From: Candidatus Sericytochromatia bacterium
GTDB lineage: Bacteria; Cyanobacteriota; Sericytochromatia; S15B-MN24; JAQBPE01
Assembly (NCBI GenBank): GCA_035285125.1
Contig: JAYKHR010000137.1
Location: 1 to 40,792 of the forward strand
Reading direction: 5' to 3'
Length of the DNA: 40,792 nucleotides
Shown: piece after piece, positions 1 to 9,056 of the stretch
Position numbering within the stretch: the stretch's first letter is position 1
How the letters are laid out: each line of letters opens with the position of its first letter
The notes under the pieces: generated by a model
Database searches by the model: none
Told to the model about the DNA's origin: nothing
What the model saw: only the letters and a program-made list of their open reading frames with translations
Position numbers and translations under genes: made by a program

Positions 1-1938
1 CGAGGGGGCGCCACCCGGGGGCGGGGCCAAGGGGAAGCCGTCCCCCGGTGGGGTGGCGAAGGCGTCGCTGTCCTCGGGCGGGGGGCCGAAGGCGGCGTCG
101 GGTGCGGCCAGCTCCTCGAAGTCCAACGCGGCCCGGCAGCGGTCCACGACGCCCAGGTCCGGCTTCCGCGAGTAACAGATCAACGGCGCCGAGGACGGCC
201 TCGGCACGCCCATCATCCTCTCCAGGACGCTGCCCATCCCGCCGGCCCCCGCCGCGTGCATCTGCGCGACCTGGATCAGCTCGGGCAGGCCCACCGTTTT
301 CTCGCCCTCGGCGCGCACGTGGACGGCCACCATGTTGGTGTGGCGGGTGACGAGCGCGTGCTCGACGGCCAGCGCCGTCGCAGCGAGTTCGTCGAGGGCC
401 GGCAGGCGCAGGGCGGCGGCCAGCCGGGCGGGCGTGGCACCCCACGTGCCGGCCTCGCCGTCGGGGGCCGCCAGCGGGGCGACGAGGCACTCGCCCTCTC
501 CGTACGTCAGTGTGAGCGCGCCGGTGGGCGGCGCCGCAAAGCCCGCCACGAGGTGCAGCGTCTCGCCCCCGAAGAGGACGGCCGGGCGCGGCGCCTCCCA
601 GAGCGGCGTGGCGGGCCAGGCGATCGCCCCGAGGGGCGTCGGAGTCTGCCTTATGCGGCGGAACATCCGCACGATGGCCTCCGCGACGTCCTCGTTCGGC
701 GTGACGAGCTCGCAGGCCCCCCCCGTGGCCTCGGCCTGCTGGCGCAGCCGCACCTCGTTGGGGGCGCTGCCGAGGCCGACGGCAAAGATCCGGTGCCCCG
801 TGCGCTGGGCCAGCTCGGTCACGCGGGGGTCCCCCCACACCTCGCCGTCCGTCACGAGAAGCACGTCGGCCCCACCCGCCGTCGCGCCCAGGTTCATCGT
901 GGCCTGCAGCGCCCTGTCCATCTCCGTGCCCCCCATGTCGGCGTCGATGCCGGCAATCAGGCCACGGGCGCGCTCCCGCGCCTCGCGATCGGCCACGAGG
1001 GGGCGGTCGACCAGGTGCTGCACGGCGCTGCCGAAGCAGCTCAGCGTGAAGGGCGTGCCGTCCTCCAGCTCCTCCACCACCTGCGTCAGGGCCTCGCGGG
1101 CCGACGCGATGCTGTCCCCGCCCATCGAGCCCGAGCAGTCGATGAGCAGCTTGAGCGGGCGGCGGCTCGGCGCCGGCGCCGGCAGCGGCGGACACACGCT
1201 GGCGATCGCCACCCAGCCGGCGCCGTCCGGCACCACCAGCGAGGTGGCCAGCTGGCTCAGGCCCTCGGCCGTGAAGACCACGTCGCGATCGAGGAAGCCA
1301 TCGCGCAGCGTGAAGGTGGCGCCGCCGGGGCCGTCCTCGCGGCTGACGGCGTGCGTGTGGCAGGCCAGCGTGGCGCCAGCGAGGGCCCCCTTCACGTCGA
1401 GGCGCAGCGACAAGGGGTAGCTGGCCGTGAGGCTCGGCTCGACCCCCGCATGCGCCGGCAGCCCGCCCTGGGCGTGGGCGTCGCCATACCGCGGCGCGAT
1501 GGTGGTGGGGATGGCGAGCCGCACCTGCCCCTGCTCGAAGCGCAGCAGCTGGGCCGAGTGCACCTCGATGACGGCCTCCTCGCCCGGCTTGAGGTTGCCG
1601 AGGTTCAGCGTGTAGAGCCCCTCGGCGCTGCGCTCCAGCATCGCCGGCGCGTCCCCCGCGTCGATGGCCGCCTCGTAGCGCGCCGCCGCCTGCCGCTTGG
1701 GCAGCACCTGGCCGGCGAGCCGCTTTCCCCCGAGCTCCACGTGGAGGTCCAGCAGCCAGGCCCCCCACGCCAGCGGGAAGGTGTACGTCACCTCGGCCAC
1801 CTGCGGCGTCGGGTTGACGTAGCGCTGGCGCAGTGTGAGCTCGAAGAGCAGCCCGTCGAGCACGCCGTGCGCCTCGACGGCGCGCAGGGTCATGGTGGCG
1901 CCGCTCGCGGCGCGGAGGGTGGGGGTCGCGGTGCTCAC
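1..1938 (-). CDS. VIT (vault inter-alpha-trypsin) + vWA domain protein, 3' end runs off the window
   Basis: Not in the ORF track because there is no stop in the window. Manual translation gives LTLRQRYVNPTPQVAEVTYTFPLAWGAWL...LYTLNLGNLKPGE (VIT), LLIDCSGSMGG (MIDAS DxSxS), GGTEM, LLVTDGEV, IFAVGLG and HALVTRHTNMVAV. GTG start at 1938 overlaps the upstream TGA (GTGA), with an AGGAG RBS; alternative ATG at 1893. Confidence 0.9.
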   Translation of the reverse strand, partial: MSTATPTLRAASGATMTLRAVEAHGVLDGLLFELTLRQRYVNPTPQVAEVTYTFPLAWGAWLLDLHVELGGKRLAGQVLPKRQAAARYEAAIDAGDAPAMLERSAEGLYTLNLGNLKPGEEAVIEVHSAQLLRFEQGQVRLAIPTTIAPRYGDAHAQGGLPAHAGVEPSLTASYPLSLRLDVKGALAGATLACHTHAVSREDGPGGATFTLRDGFLDRDVVFTAEGLSQLATSLVVPDGAGWVAIASVCPPLPAPAPSRRPLKLLIDCSGSMGGDSIASAREALTQVVEELEDGTPFTLSCFGSAVQHLVDRPLVADREARERARGLIAGIDADMGGTEMDRALQATMNLGATAGGADVLLVTDGEVWGDPRVTELAQRTGHRIFAVGLGSAPNEVRLRQQAEATGGACELVTPNEDVAEAIVRMFRRIRQTPTPLGAIAWPATPLWEAPRPAVLFGGETLHLVAGFAAPPTGALTLTYGEGECLVAPLAAPDGEAGTWGATPARLAAALRLPALDELAATALAVEHALVTRHTNMVAVHVRAEGEKTVGLPELIQVAQMHAAGAGGMGSVLERMMGVPRPSSAPLICYSRKPDLGVVDRCRAALDFEELAAPDAAFGPPPEDSDAFATPPGDGFPLAPPPGGAPS

Positions 1939-2354
1939 TCGGTGGCTCCTTCCCGACGCACGTGCGTCAGCAGCTGGGTGAGGCCCTCGCACAGGGCGCG
2001 GAGTTGGGCGGGCGTCAGCCCCGCCCGGCTGGGGTCGAGGACGAGCTCGATGCCGGCATCCAGCAGGATGTGGCTGCGGACCACCACCTGCCCCGGCCGG
2101 GGCCCGGGGTCCGGCACCGCCGGGGCCTCGCCCGCCAGCAGCTCGCGGATCCGGTCGAGCGACAGCCCGGCGGCCGCCCACTTCTTGACCGTGAGCAGCT
2201 GGTCGAGGTGCCGCGCGCCGTAGCGCGCCGCCCGCGTCTCGCCCTCAGGGCGAGCCACGAGGCCGAGCTGGATGTAGTAGCGCACCGTCCGCTTCGGCAG
2301 GTCCGCCAGCAGGCACAGCGCGTCGAGGGTGTGGGGGGGCTCAGGGGTGGTCAC
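1935..2354 (-). CDS. MerR-type helix-turn-helix transcriptional regulator
   Basis: LDALCLLADLPKRTVRYYIQLGLVARP...ARYGARHLDQLLTVKKWAAAGLSLDRIRELL is a MerR HTH signature; translationally coupled to the VIT-vWA gene. Confidence 0.85.
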   Translation of the reverse strand: MTTPEPPHTLDALCLLADLPKRTVRYYIQLGLVARPEGETRAARYGARHLDQLLTVKKWAAAGLSLDRIRELLAGEAPAVPDPGPRPGQVVVRSHILLDAGIELVLDPSRAGLTPAQLRALCEGLTQLLTHVRREGATE

Positions 2355-2405
2355 GACTCATTTGTAACACAGAAAATGTATAAATCAAGTGTCAAAATAA
2401 AATCC
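2355..2405 (-). promoter_or_regulatory. AT-rich promoter/operator region of the MerR-VIT/vWA operon
   Basis: Most AT-rich stretch in the window. Minus strand has TTGACA and TTGATT -35-like hexamers; imperfect inverted repeat TTTGTAACAC...GTGTCAAAA. Confidence 0.55.
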
Positions 2406-2530
2406 AGGGGCAGCGGCACTCCCCGGTGGGTGTCCGGCGCCGCGTGCGTCCGGCAAGGGCGTGGCCTGGAAAGGGGCTGGGCAGGCCGGGGTATGACACC
2501 CCCGCTGCCCCCCGCCCAAGGACCCACCGC

Positions 2531-2980
2531 ATGACCCCCGCCCTCCCCCTGAGCGCCTGCCTGATGCTGGCCGTGCTGGCCCCCGCCGCCCCCGGCGAGG
2601 CCGTGGAGCCGCCGGCGCCCAGCCTGAAGCCCTGCTGCCGGGCGCAGCGGGTCGTGGTGCCCGGTCTGGCGCAGGGCGACGGGGCCCTGACGGCGAGCGA
2701 GCGCACCCGGCTCGTGGCCTCGATCCGGACGCTATGGGCGGCCCGCCGAGAGGACGCGAGCCTCGTGGACGTGGGCTTCCCCGAGGCCCGCTGGCAAGAG
2801 GTGCGGGTCGCGGTGGCCGAGCACGGCCGCCGCGTGTGCCGGACGGCGCACAGGCTGCCGGTGGTGCTGCAGCTCCGCACCCCTGCTGGCGAGCGCCAGC
2901 AGCGCGAGGCCTCGCTGTGGCGCGCAGAGGGCCAGGACCGCCTGAGCCTTGAGGTGGAGCCCCCCCGGCAGCCGCGTTGA
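2531..2980 (+). CDS. hypothetical exported protein
   Basis: ATG at 2531 starts a hydrophobic signal-like segment (MTPALPLSACLMLAVLAPAAPGEA); GC3-rich codons; GGGTAT at 2489-2494. Confidence 0.6.
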   Translation: MTPALPLSACLMLAVLAPAAPGEAVEPPAPSLKPCCRAQRVVVPGLAQGDGALTASERTRLVASIRTLWAARREDASLVDVGFPEARWQEVRVAVAEHGRRVCRTAHRLPVVLQLRTPAGERQQREASLWRAEGQDRLSLEVEPPRQPR

Positions 2981-2992
2981 GCAAGGGGGACG

Positions 2993-2998
2993 GGGTAT
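2993..2998 (+). promoter_or_regulatory. GGGTAT alternative-sigma -10, 9 nt before GTG 3008
   Basis: Same spacing as at paralog A2; no RBS. Confidence 0.55.
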
Positions 2999-3007
2999 GA
3001 ATCTCTT

Positions 3008-5506
3008 GTGCGCCTGATGTCCCTCCCACTTCGACGCCTGCGGCACGGCCTGGTGGCCCTCGTGCTGGCCCTGGTGGCCTGCCAGGGGGCCCCGGGCACG
3101 GCGCCGTCGGTCGGCGCGCGGGGTCGCAAGCCCGCCGCCACGCCCCCGGCCGAGGCGACGGCCACGCCAAGCGCCACCACGGCGCCCACGGGCACGGCGA
3201 CGCCCCAGGCCACCACGCCGGCGCCGAGCGCGGACCCGACGGCCACCCCGACGCCCCAGCCGCTGCCGTCGCTGCCCGCCCCGCAGCTGACGCTGGCCCA
3301 GCGGCTGGCCGGGGGGCTCATCGCCGTCGCGCAGGTGGGCTTCGCGCAGGCGCGCACCCAGCTCGTGAGCGACCGCGCCCTGCTCGACACCGGCGCCCGG
3401 CGCGTGGGGTTGATCGGCAACAACGCCGGCAGCCTCATCACGGACCGGGGGGGCGGGCTCATCGGCAACAACGGCGGCGGGCTGATCGGCAACAACAGCG
3501 GGGGCTTGATCGGCAACAACGGCGGGGGGCTCATCGGCAACAACAGCGGCGGGCTCGTGGGCGACAGGCCCGCGGGCTACCGGCTGGCGCAGGTGCCCGA
3601 GCGGGCGGCCGAGGTCTCGCTGACGCCGCTCGCGGGCGAGACGGGCGTGTCGGACCGCTGGTGGGTCGACGGCCGCCGGAACCTGCTGTTCACCTTCGAC
3701 GGCTTCAATGCGGGGCGCGGCTGGCGGCTGGTGCAGTTCCGCGGGGGCGACGCCCCGAGCCGGCAGGAGCTCTACCGCCCGACGACGTTCTGGCCGAACA
3801 ACGTCGCGCAGACGAAGGAGAAGACCAACACCGACTTCGCGCCGGACGGCACGATCAGCCGGCGCCTGGCCCACGCCTCCGAGCAGACGGCCACCAAGGG
3901 GACGCTGAAGGCGGAGATCATGGCTGCCCCGAGCAGCTTCGTGCGGGAGCCCAGCACGGGTGTCGCCGTCGTGTTCAAGCGCTTCATCATCGACGCGGTG
4001 AAGAAGACCGGCGCCTTCGAGTACCTCTACGAGCACCTCGGGGCCACGGAGACGGGCACCCTCGTGGACGTCGAGGCGCTGGAAGACGACAAGTTCATCC
4101 TCAACTACGCGGACCCGCTCGGCACCTACGACGGCGAGTCGATGCTGCGGGACCGGACGGGGGCCGTCGTCTTCAGCAAGCGCCAGCGCACCGAGGGCAC
4201 GCGCAGGATCCGCACCTACGAGCTGCCCGACGGGCTCTCCGCCGAGCTCACGTGGGAGGCCGAGGATCGCTGGCGCGGCAAGGCCCGAGACGCCGGGAAG
4301 GACGTGGCCGACCTGGTGCTCGAAACGCGGCCCAACGGCTCGGTGCTCTTCACGCTCACCCTCCCCGAGGCACCTGGGGAGCCCCTGGAGTTCGGCTACG
4401 GCATCCAGGACGAGCCCACCACCACCCCGCCCGCCTACGTCGAGCCACCGCCGCTGGCGGAGGTGACCACGGTGGCGGGGAACGCCACGCCGGGCTTCGC
4501 GGACGGCGCCGGCCAGCTCGCCCGCTTCGAGGGGCTGCTCGCCATCGCCGCGTCGCGGCGCGACCCGCGGCTGTTCTACCTCACGGACGTCCAGAACCAC
4601 CGCATCCGCACGCTGCGCCTCGCCGCCGACGGGCGCGTCACCGTCGGCACGCTCGCCGGGACGGGCGAGGGGGCCTACGTCGCGGGCACGCTCGCCGAGA
4701 CGCGCCTGAAGTACCCCGCCGGGCTCGTGACGGCGCCCGGCCCCGACGGCGGCGAGACGCTTTATGTGAGCGAGGTACAGGGCGTCATCCGGCGCCTCAC
4801 CGTGCGGGCCGACGGCACGGGCGAGAGCGAGTTCCTCGCGGGCACGGCCGACCTGGGCGGGCACGACGGGCCGGGCGCGGAGGCCACCTTCGCCTACCCC
4901 TTCGGCCTGGCCCACGACCCCGTGGTCGGGCGGCTCTACGTCGTGGAGCGCGAGCCGCACCGGCTGCGCATGATCGACCTCACCCGCCCCGAGCTGCCCG
5001 TCTCCACCCTGGCCGGCGGCACGCAGGGGTTCGCGGACGGCCCGGCCGCCACGGCCCGCTTCGACGAGCCCTCGGCGATCGCGCTGGACGCCGAGGGCCG
5101 GCTCTACATCGCCGACACCGGCAACAAGCGACTGCGGCGGCTCGACGCGCGCGCCGCGAGCCCCACCGTCGAGACCATCGCGGGCAGCGGCGAGCAGGGC
5201 CGGGGCTTCTTCGACGGCCCGGCCCTGACGGGCGGGATGAACCCGCCGACGGCGCTGTTTTTGCACCCGACGGGCCACTGGCTGACGGGGGCGTCGGACG
5301 TGCGTGTCTACACGGCCGCCAGCGGGACGCTGCGCACCCTGGCGGGGGGCTTCGAGGACCGCGTCGAGGACGGCGACCTCGACGACGCCAAATTTGAGGC
5401 CGTCAACGGCTTCGCCGTGACGCCAGAGGGCGGGTTGCTGGTGGCGGACCAGCACTGCGTGCGCCTCATCACGCCCGCCGCCGGCGAGGGCCCGCTGCTG
5501 CGCTGA
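3008..5506 (+). CDS. lipoprotein with GLIGNNxG repeats and C-terminal NHL beta-propeller (paralog A1)
   Basis: Lipobox LVAC, Pro/Thr linker, octapeptide repeats and multiple NHL repeats (GFADGPAATARFDEPSAIALDAEGRLYIADTGNKRLRRLD). Start is GTG 3008 or ATG 3017. Confidence 0.88.
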   Translation: MRLMSLPLRRLRHGLVALVLALVACQGAPGTAPSVGARGRKPAATPPAEATATPSATTAPTGTATPQATTPAPSADPTATPTPQPLPSLPAPQLTLAQRLAGGLIAVAQVGFAQARTQLVSDRALLDTGARRVGLIGNNAGSLITDRGGGLIGNNGGGLIGNNSGGLIGNNGGGLIGNNSGGLVGDRPAGYRLAQVPERAAEVSLTPLAGETGVSDRWWVDGRRNLLFTFDGFNAGRGWRLVQFRGGDAPSRQELYRPTTFWPNNVAQTKEKTNTDFAPDGTISRRLAHASEQTATKGTLKAEIMAAPSSFVREPSTGVAVVFKRFIIDAVKKTGAFEYLYEHLGATETGTLVDVEALEDDKFILNYADPLGTYDGESMLRDRTGAVVFSKRQRTEGTRRIRTYELPDGLSAELTWEAEDRWRGKARDAGKDVADLVLETRPNGSVLFTLTLPEAPGEPLEFGYGIQDEPTTTPPAYVEPPPLAEVTTVAGNATPGFADGAGQLARFEGLLAIAASRRDPRLFYLTDVQNHRIRTLRLAADGRVTVGTLAGTGEGAYVAGTLAETRLKYPAGLVTAPGPDGGETLYVSEVQGVIRRLTVRADGTGESEFLAGTADLGGHDGPGAEATFAYPFGLAHDPVVGRLYVVEREPHRLRMIDLTRPELPVSTLAGGTQGFADGPAATARFDEPSAIALDAEGRLYIADTGNKRLRRLDARAASPTVETIAGSGEQGRGFFDGPALTGGMNPPTALFLHPTGHWLTGASDVRVYTAASGTLRTLAGGFEDRVEDGDLDDAKFEAVNGFAVTPEGGLLVADQHCVRLITPAAGEGPLLR
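3407..3574 (+). repeat. 24-bp coding tandem repeat: 6 full GLIGNNxG-type units plus 1 degenerate unit
   Basis: GLIGNNAG SLITDRGG GLIGNNGG GLIGNNSG GLIGNNGG GLIGNNSG GLVGDRPA; DNA unit resembles gggct(c/g)atcggcaacaac(a/g)gcgg(c/g). Confidence 0.9.
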
Positions 5507-5606
5507 GGGTGAGGCCCGGACGACCGGGCGGCCACCCCGCAAGCCTCGCAGGGAAGCGCTGCCACCACGGGTATATGGGGCGGGTGCAGCCCCACCGGAG
5601 GTGGCC

Positions 5607-8444
5607 ATGGCCGTTCGCCCCACCCTGCCGCTCTCGTTGATGCTTCTGGCCGCCCTGGCGGCATCCGCGTGCGCCCCCCCTGCCACCGTCACCCGAGCAG
5701 CCCCCAGGGGCCCGCGGCCGAGCACACGCCCAGCCGCGGCCGAGCCCGCCCAGCCCGGGGTGACCCCGCCCTCCCCCCGCGCCGTCGCGGCCCTCTCGGG
5801 CCGGGTGAGCCTGCCACCCGACCTGCTCTCGAAAACCAAGCCCCTGATCGCGGACCAGGGCGCCGGCGTCGTGTCCAACGGGGGCGCGGGCGTCATCTCC
5901 AACGGCGGGGCTGGGCTGGCTGCAGGGCGAGGAGCCTACGCGCTGCGCCAGGCCCCCGCGACGGTGCCTGTGCCGAACGCCGTCGTGACGTTGCGGGACG
6001 CGACGGGCGCCGTGCTGCGCGACGGGTCGGGCCAGCCGCGGCAGGCCACCACCGATCGCGAGGGCCGCTACGCCTTCCTCGACGTGAAGGACGCCCCTGC
6101 GTGCGTGGCCGTGTGCGAGCTGCCGAGTGGGGCTGGACAGGTGTCCGCGCTCGTGCCTCGGGCCGTCGCCGAGGTGGACCTCGACCACGTCAGCACGACC
6201 CTCAGCGCCTACGTGCTGGCCCGCTTCGCCCGCCCGCAGGCCGATCCCCAGGCGGCGCTCGAGCGGCTCCCCGCGGCGCTGGAGGCACGTGCCCGCCGCG
6301 CCACGGGCGAGAGCCTGGCTGCAGCCTCGCCGCTCGCCAGCCTCGACGAGGCCGGCCTGCTCGCCCGGGTGGACCAGCTCCGGGGGGCCCAGCCGGCCAT
6401 CGAGGCGGTCTACGAGGAGGTCAGGCGGGCAATGGTCGTGGCCGGCCAGTCCGAGCAGGGCACGGGCGCGCTCGCGACGGAGGCAGCCTTCACCCGGCTG
6501 GGCGCCACCGTGACCGGGCCGGACGGCACGACGTGGCTGGTCGACAACTTCACGCGCCGCCTGTGGCGCATCGCCGAAGGCCGCCTGGTGGCAGCAGCGG
6601 GCCAGGGCCAGGGGAGCCACGGCAATGGGGGCGCCCCGAAAGACGGCGAGGTCGCTCTCGACGTCAACCTGCCCCCCCTCGTCGCCCTCAGGGTCGACCG
6701 CGAGGGCCGCCCCCTGCTGCTCTCCGAGCACCGGCTCGACCGCCTGGAGGCCTCGGGCACGCTCAATCAACTCTGGCGCGACGACGCCCGCACAGCCCGC
6801 GGCATCGCCGTCCTGCCCGAGGGGGGCGTGTTGGTGAACACCAACCGGGGCGTGATGGGGGTGGCCGGGGCCACGGTGCCGCCCCTGCCGCCGCCGGCCA
6901 GGGACGACGGGGGGGCCATCCAGCACCTGGTGGTGACGCCGACGGGCGCATGCTGGTACACCACGCACGAGCCCAACCGAGGCTGGCGCTGGTGGGGCGG
7001 CACCTCCACCACGCCGCCCGTGGCGCACGCCCTGCCGGCCACCTTGCAGCCGACCTCGACCAAGGCGCGCGACCACCGGCGCTGGCTCGGCCTGGACGAC
7101 GCGGGCTGGCTGGTGGTCCTGGACGCGACGGGCGCGCTCACGCTGCGGGCGCCCGACGGGCAGGTGCGCGCGTACCCGGCGGAGGTCACGGGCCAGTGGC
7201 CCGAGACCCTCCGCGCCGAAGGGCGGGAGGTCTTCGACGCCGACGGAGAGTTCCGGCGCTACGCGATGCCCTACATGGTCGTGAGCGGCAGCGCTACGGG
7301 GGGCCACTCGGTGATGGGACGCAAGGCGATCGCACGCCTGGATGCCGAGGGCCGCGCGACCATCGTGGCGGGCAGCGAGACCGTGAGCCAGGCCCGGCCC
7401 GCCGGCGAGGTGCCCACGGCCCTGACGCGCCCCCGCGCCGCCGTGGCGACCGCCAGCGGGGAGGTCCTCGTGCTCGACGGCTCGTCGCGGGAGGTGCTGC
7501 GGGTGACGAACGGGCTGGCCGGCCCCTTCGCCGGCCTCGCCTGGAACGCGCGGCCCACCGTCACCGCGAGTGAGCCGGCGCCCTTCGGCTATGCGCTGAC
7601 ATGGCGGAGCATGGCGGGCGCGCCCGTGAGCTTCGGCCAAGACTATGCCGCCCCCGCCCTCGAGGCCCGCCTCGTCGAGCCGGAACGCCTGCGCCTGGCC
7701 CCCGACGGCAGCATCTGGGTGCTCGACAACCGGGCCTTCCTCCGCCGCATCCGGGAGGGCCAGGTCACCACCGTGGCCGTGGCGCCCGGGGCCGGCGTGG
7801 GGAAGGCCTGCGGCCATCCCTGGGTCGACGCCTGGCCCACGGGCACCGAGACGGGAATGGTGCTGGTGCTGCGGCCCGACGGCCTGCACCTGCGGACGCT
7901 GGCGCAGGCCGCCACGGGTCCGTCCCTGGCCGTCTTCCCCCGGCAGGCCGCCGGGCCGGCCGAGGACGCGGAGGACGCCCCCGAGGACGAGGCGGCGGCG
8001 GCCGACGACGCGCCGCTGGCCTGGACCGCACCCCACCACGCCTGGGACGGGATGGCGCCGCTGCCGGGCGACGGCTGGCTCGTGCGCGCCTACGGCGTGA
8101 CGTGGCGCTGGCAGCCGGGCAGCGAGCCGGTCCGCCTCAGCGAGGCGCAGGCTCCGGCGGATGCGAGCAGCGAGACCAACGGGGGGCAGCTCACGGGCGA
8201 CGGCCGGGGCCACGTGGCCTTTGTGGCCAGGCGCAACGTGTACCGGGTGGCCCCCACCACCGGGTCCTACACGCCCGTGGCGGGCCAGGGAACCTCGCTG
8301 CTCGCCGGGGACGGGGTCGACGACGGCCTGAGCTGGGTCAAGGGCGCCAGCATCGACGCGCGCGGCGACCTGCTGGTCGTCGACTTCGGGGCGCGGCAGG
8401 TGAAGCGCCTCCCGGCCGCAGCCTGGCAGGGGGGCACGCCCTGA
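5607..8444 (+). CDS. large lipoprotein with Gly/Asn octapeptide repeats, transthyretin/carboxypeptidase-regulatory-like N-domain and degenerate NHL/propeller repeats (paralog B1)
   Basis: GGAGG RBS before ATG 5607; lipobox ASAC; LSGRVSLP, LIADQGAGVVSNGGAGVISNGGAG, ATTDREGRYAF; propeller-like motifs (PERLRLAPDGSIWVLD, GDLLVVDFGARQVKRL). Domain names are inferred from motifs only. Confidence 0.8.
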   Translation: MAVRPTLPLSLMLLAALAASACAPPATVTRAAPRGPRPSTRPAAAEPAQPGVTPPSPRAVAALSGRVSLPPDLLSKTKPLIADQGAGVVSNGGAGVISNGGAGLAAGRGAYALRQAPATVPVPNAVVTLRDATGAVLRDGSGQPRQATTDREGRYAFLDVKDAPACVAVCELPSGAGQVSALVPRAVAEVDLDHVSTTLSAYVLARFARPQADPQAALERLPAALEARARRATGESLAAASPLASLDEAGLLARVDQLRGAQPAIEAVYEEVRRAMVVAGQSEQGTGALATEAAFTRLGATVTGPDGTTWLVDNFTRRLWRIAEGRLVAAAGQGQGSHGNGGAPKDGEVALDVNLPPLVALRVDREGRPLLLSEHRLDRLEASGTLNQLWRDDARTARGIAVLPEGGVLVNTNRGVMGVAGATVPPLPPPARDDGGAIQHLVVTPTGACWYTTHEPNRGWRWWGGTSTTPPVAHALPATLQPTSTKARDHRRWLGLDDAGWLVVLDATGALTLRAPDGQVRAYPAEVTGQWPETLRAEGREVFDADGEFRRYAMPYMVVSGSATGGHSVMGRKAIARLDAEGRATIVAGSETVSQARPAGEVPTALTRPRAAVATASGEVLVLDGSSREVLRVTNGLAGPFAGLAWNARPTVTASEPAPFGYALTWRSMAGAPVSFGQDYAAPALEARLVEPERLRLAPDGSIWVLDNRAFLRRIREGQVTTVAVAPGAGVGKACGHPWVDAWPTGTETGMVLVLRPDGLHLRTLAQAATGPSLAVFPRQAAGPAEDAEDAPEDEAAAADDAPLAWTAPHHAWDGMAPLPGDGWLVRAYGVTWRWQPGSEPVRLSEAQAPADASSETNGGQLTGDGRGHVAFVARRNVYRVAPTTGSYTPVAGQGTSLLAGDGVDDGLSWVKGASIDARGDLLVVDFGARQVKRLPAAAWQGGTP

Positions 8445-8454
8445 CGCCGGCCGC

Positions 8455-8949
8455 TCAGGCCTCCGCGGCGCGCCCCTCGGCGACCAGCGCCTCCAGCAGC
8501 CCCGCGCAGGCGTCCTCGCACAGGTCGAGCACGACCTCGAAACCCTCGGGCCCCCCGTAGTAGGGATCGGGCACGTGGTCGTGGTCGAGCCGCCGCAGGT
8601 GGGCCGTGAGGCGCCGGACCTTGGGCAGGTGCTCGGGCGGGCACAGGGCGGCGACGGCGCGCTCGTTGGCCGCGTCCATCACGAGCACGTGGTGCGCGCG
8701 CGCGAAGTCGTCGCGGCCCACCTGCCGCGCCCGCAGGTCCGACAGGTCGTAGCCGCGCCGGCGGGCGTGGGCCACCGTGCGGCGGTCGGGGGGCTCGCCG
8801 GGGTGGTAGTCGTGGGTCGCAGCGGAGTCGACGCGGACGCGGTGCGCGAGGCCCCGCGTCGCGACGAGATGGCGCATCACGCCATGGGCCGTCGGCGAGC
8901 GGCAGATGTTGCCCATGCACACGAACAGGACCTCGATCACGTCCGACAC
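8455..8949 (-). CDS. low molecular weight protein-tyrosine phosphatase
   Basis: VLFVCMGNICRSPTA P-loop (CX5R), DSAAT, VPDPYYGG; GTG start with GAGGAGG RBS. Confidence 0.95.
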   Translation of the reverse strand: MSDVIEVLFVCMGNICRSPTAHGVMRHLVATRGLAHRVRVDSAATHDYHPGEPPDRRTVAHARRRGYDLSDLRARQVGRDDFARAHHVLVMDAANERAVAALCPPEHLPKVRRLTAHLRRLDHDHVPDPYYGGPEGFEVVLDLCEDACAGLLEALVAEGRAAEA

Positions 8950-9041
8950 TGGCTGCGCCTCCTCGACGCCTGCGGCCGCCGCAGGCCGGCGCGATGGCCG
9001 TCCGGCCAGAATACCCCGTCCGGCCCCCTCCTGGAGAGCAA

Positions 9042-9047
9042 GGGTAC
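9042..9047 (+). promoter_or_regulatory. GGGTAC alternative-sigma -10, 9 nt before GTG 9057
   Basis: Recurrent upstream motif; a divergent GGGTAT lies on the minus strand at 9011-9016. Confidence 0.55.
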
Positions 9048-9056
9048 AAGGAAGCT

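Noticed and set aside
256..2223. 655-aa plus-strand ORF, and similar long ORFs such as 2732-5902(-), 5469-8213(-), 8906-11818(+), 14841-16964(-), 17529-19511(-), 23966-26155(-), 30359-32146(-) and 36541-38421(-)
   Set aside because: Antisense or alternate-frame shadows of genes with clear motifs. They are Arg/Gly/Pro-rich with no domains, as expected when stop codons are scarce in very high-GC DNA.
3407..3574. CRISPR array or DGR template/variable repeat (AAC-rich repeats)
   Set aside because: Units are contiguous, in frame and without spacers. Differences are not adenine-specific, and there is no cas or reverse transcriptase gene in the window.
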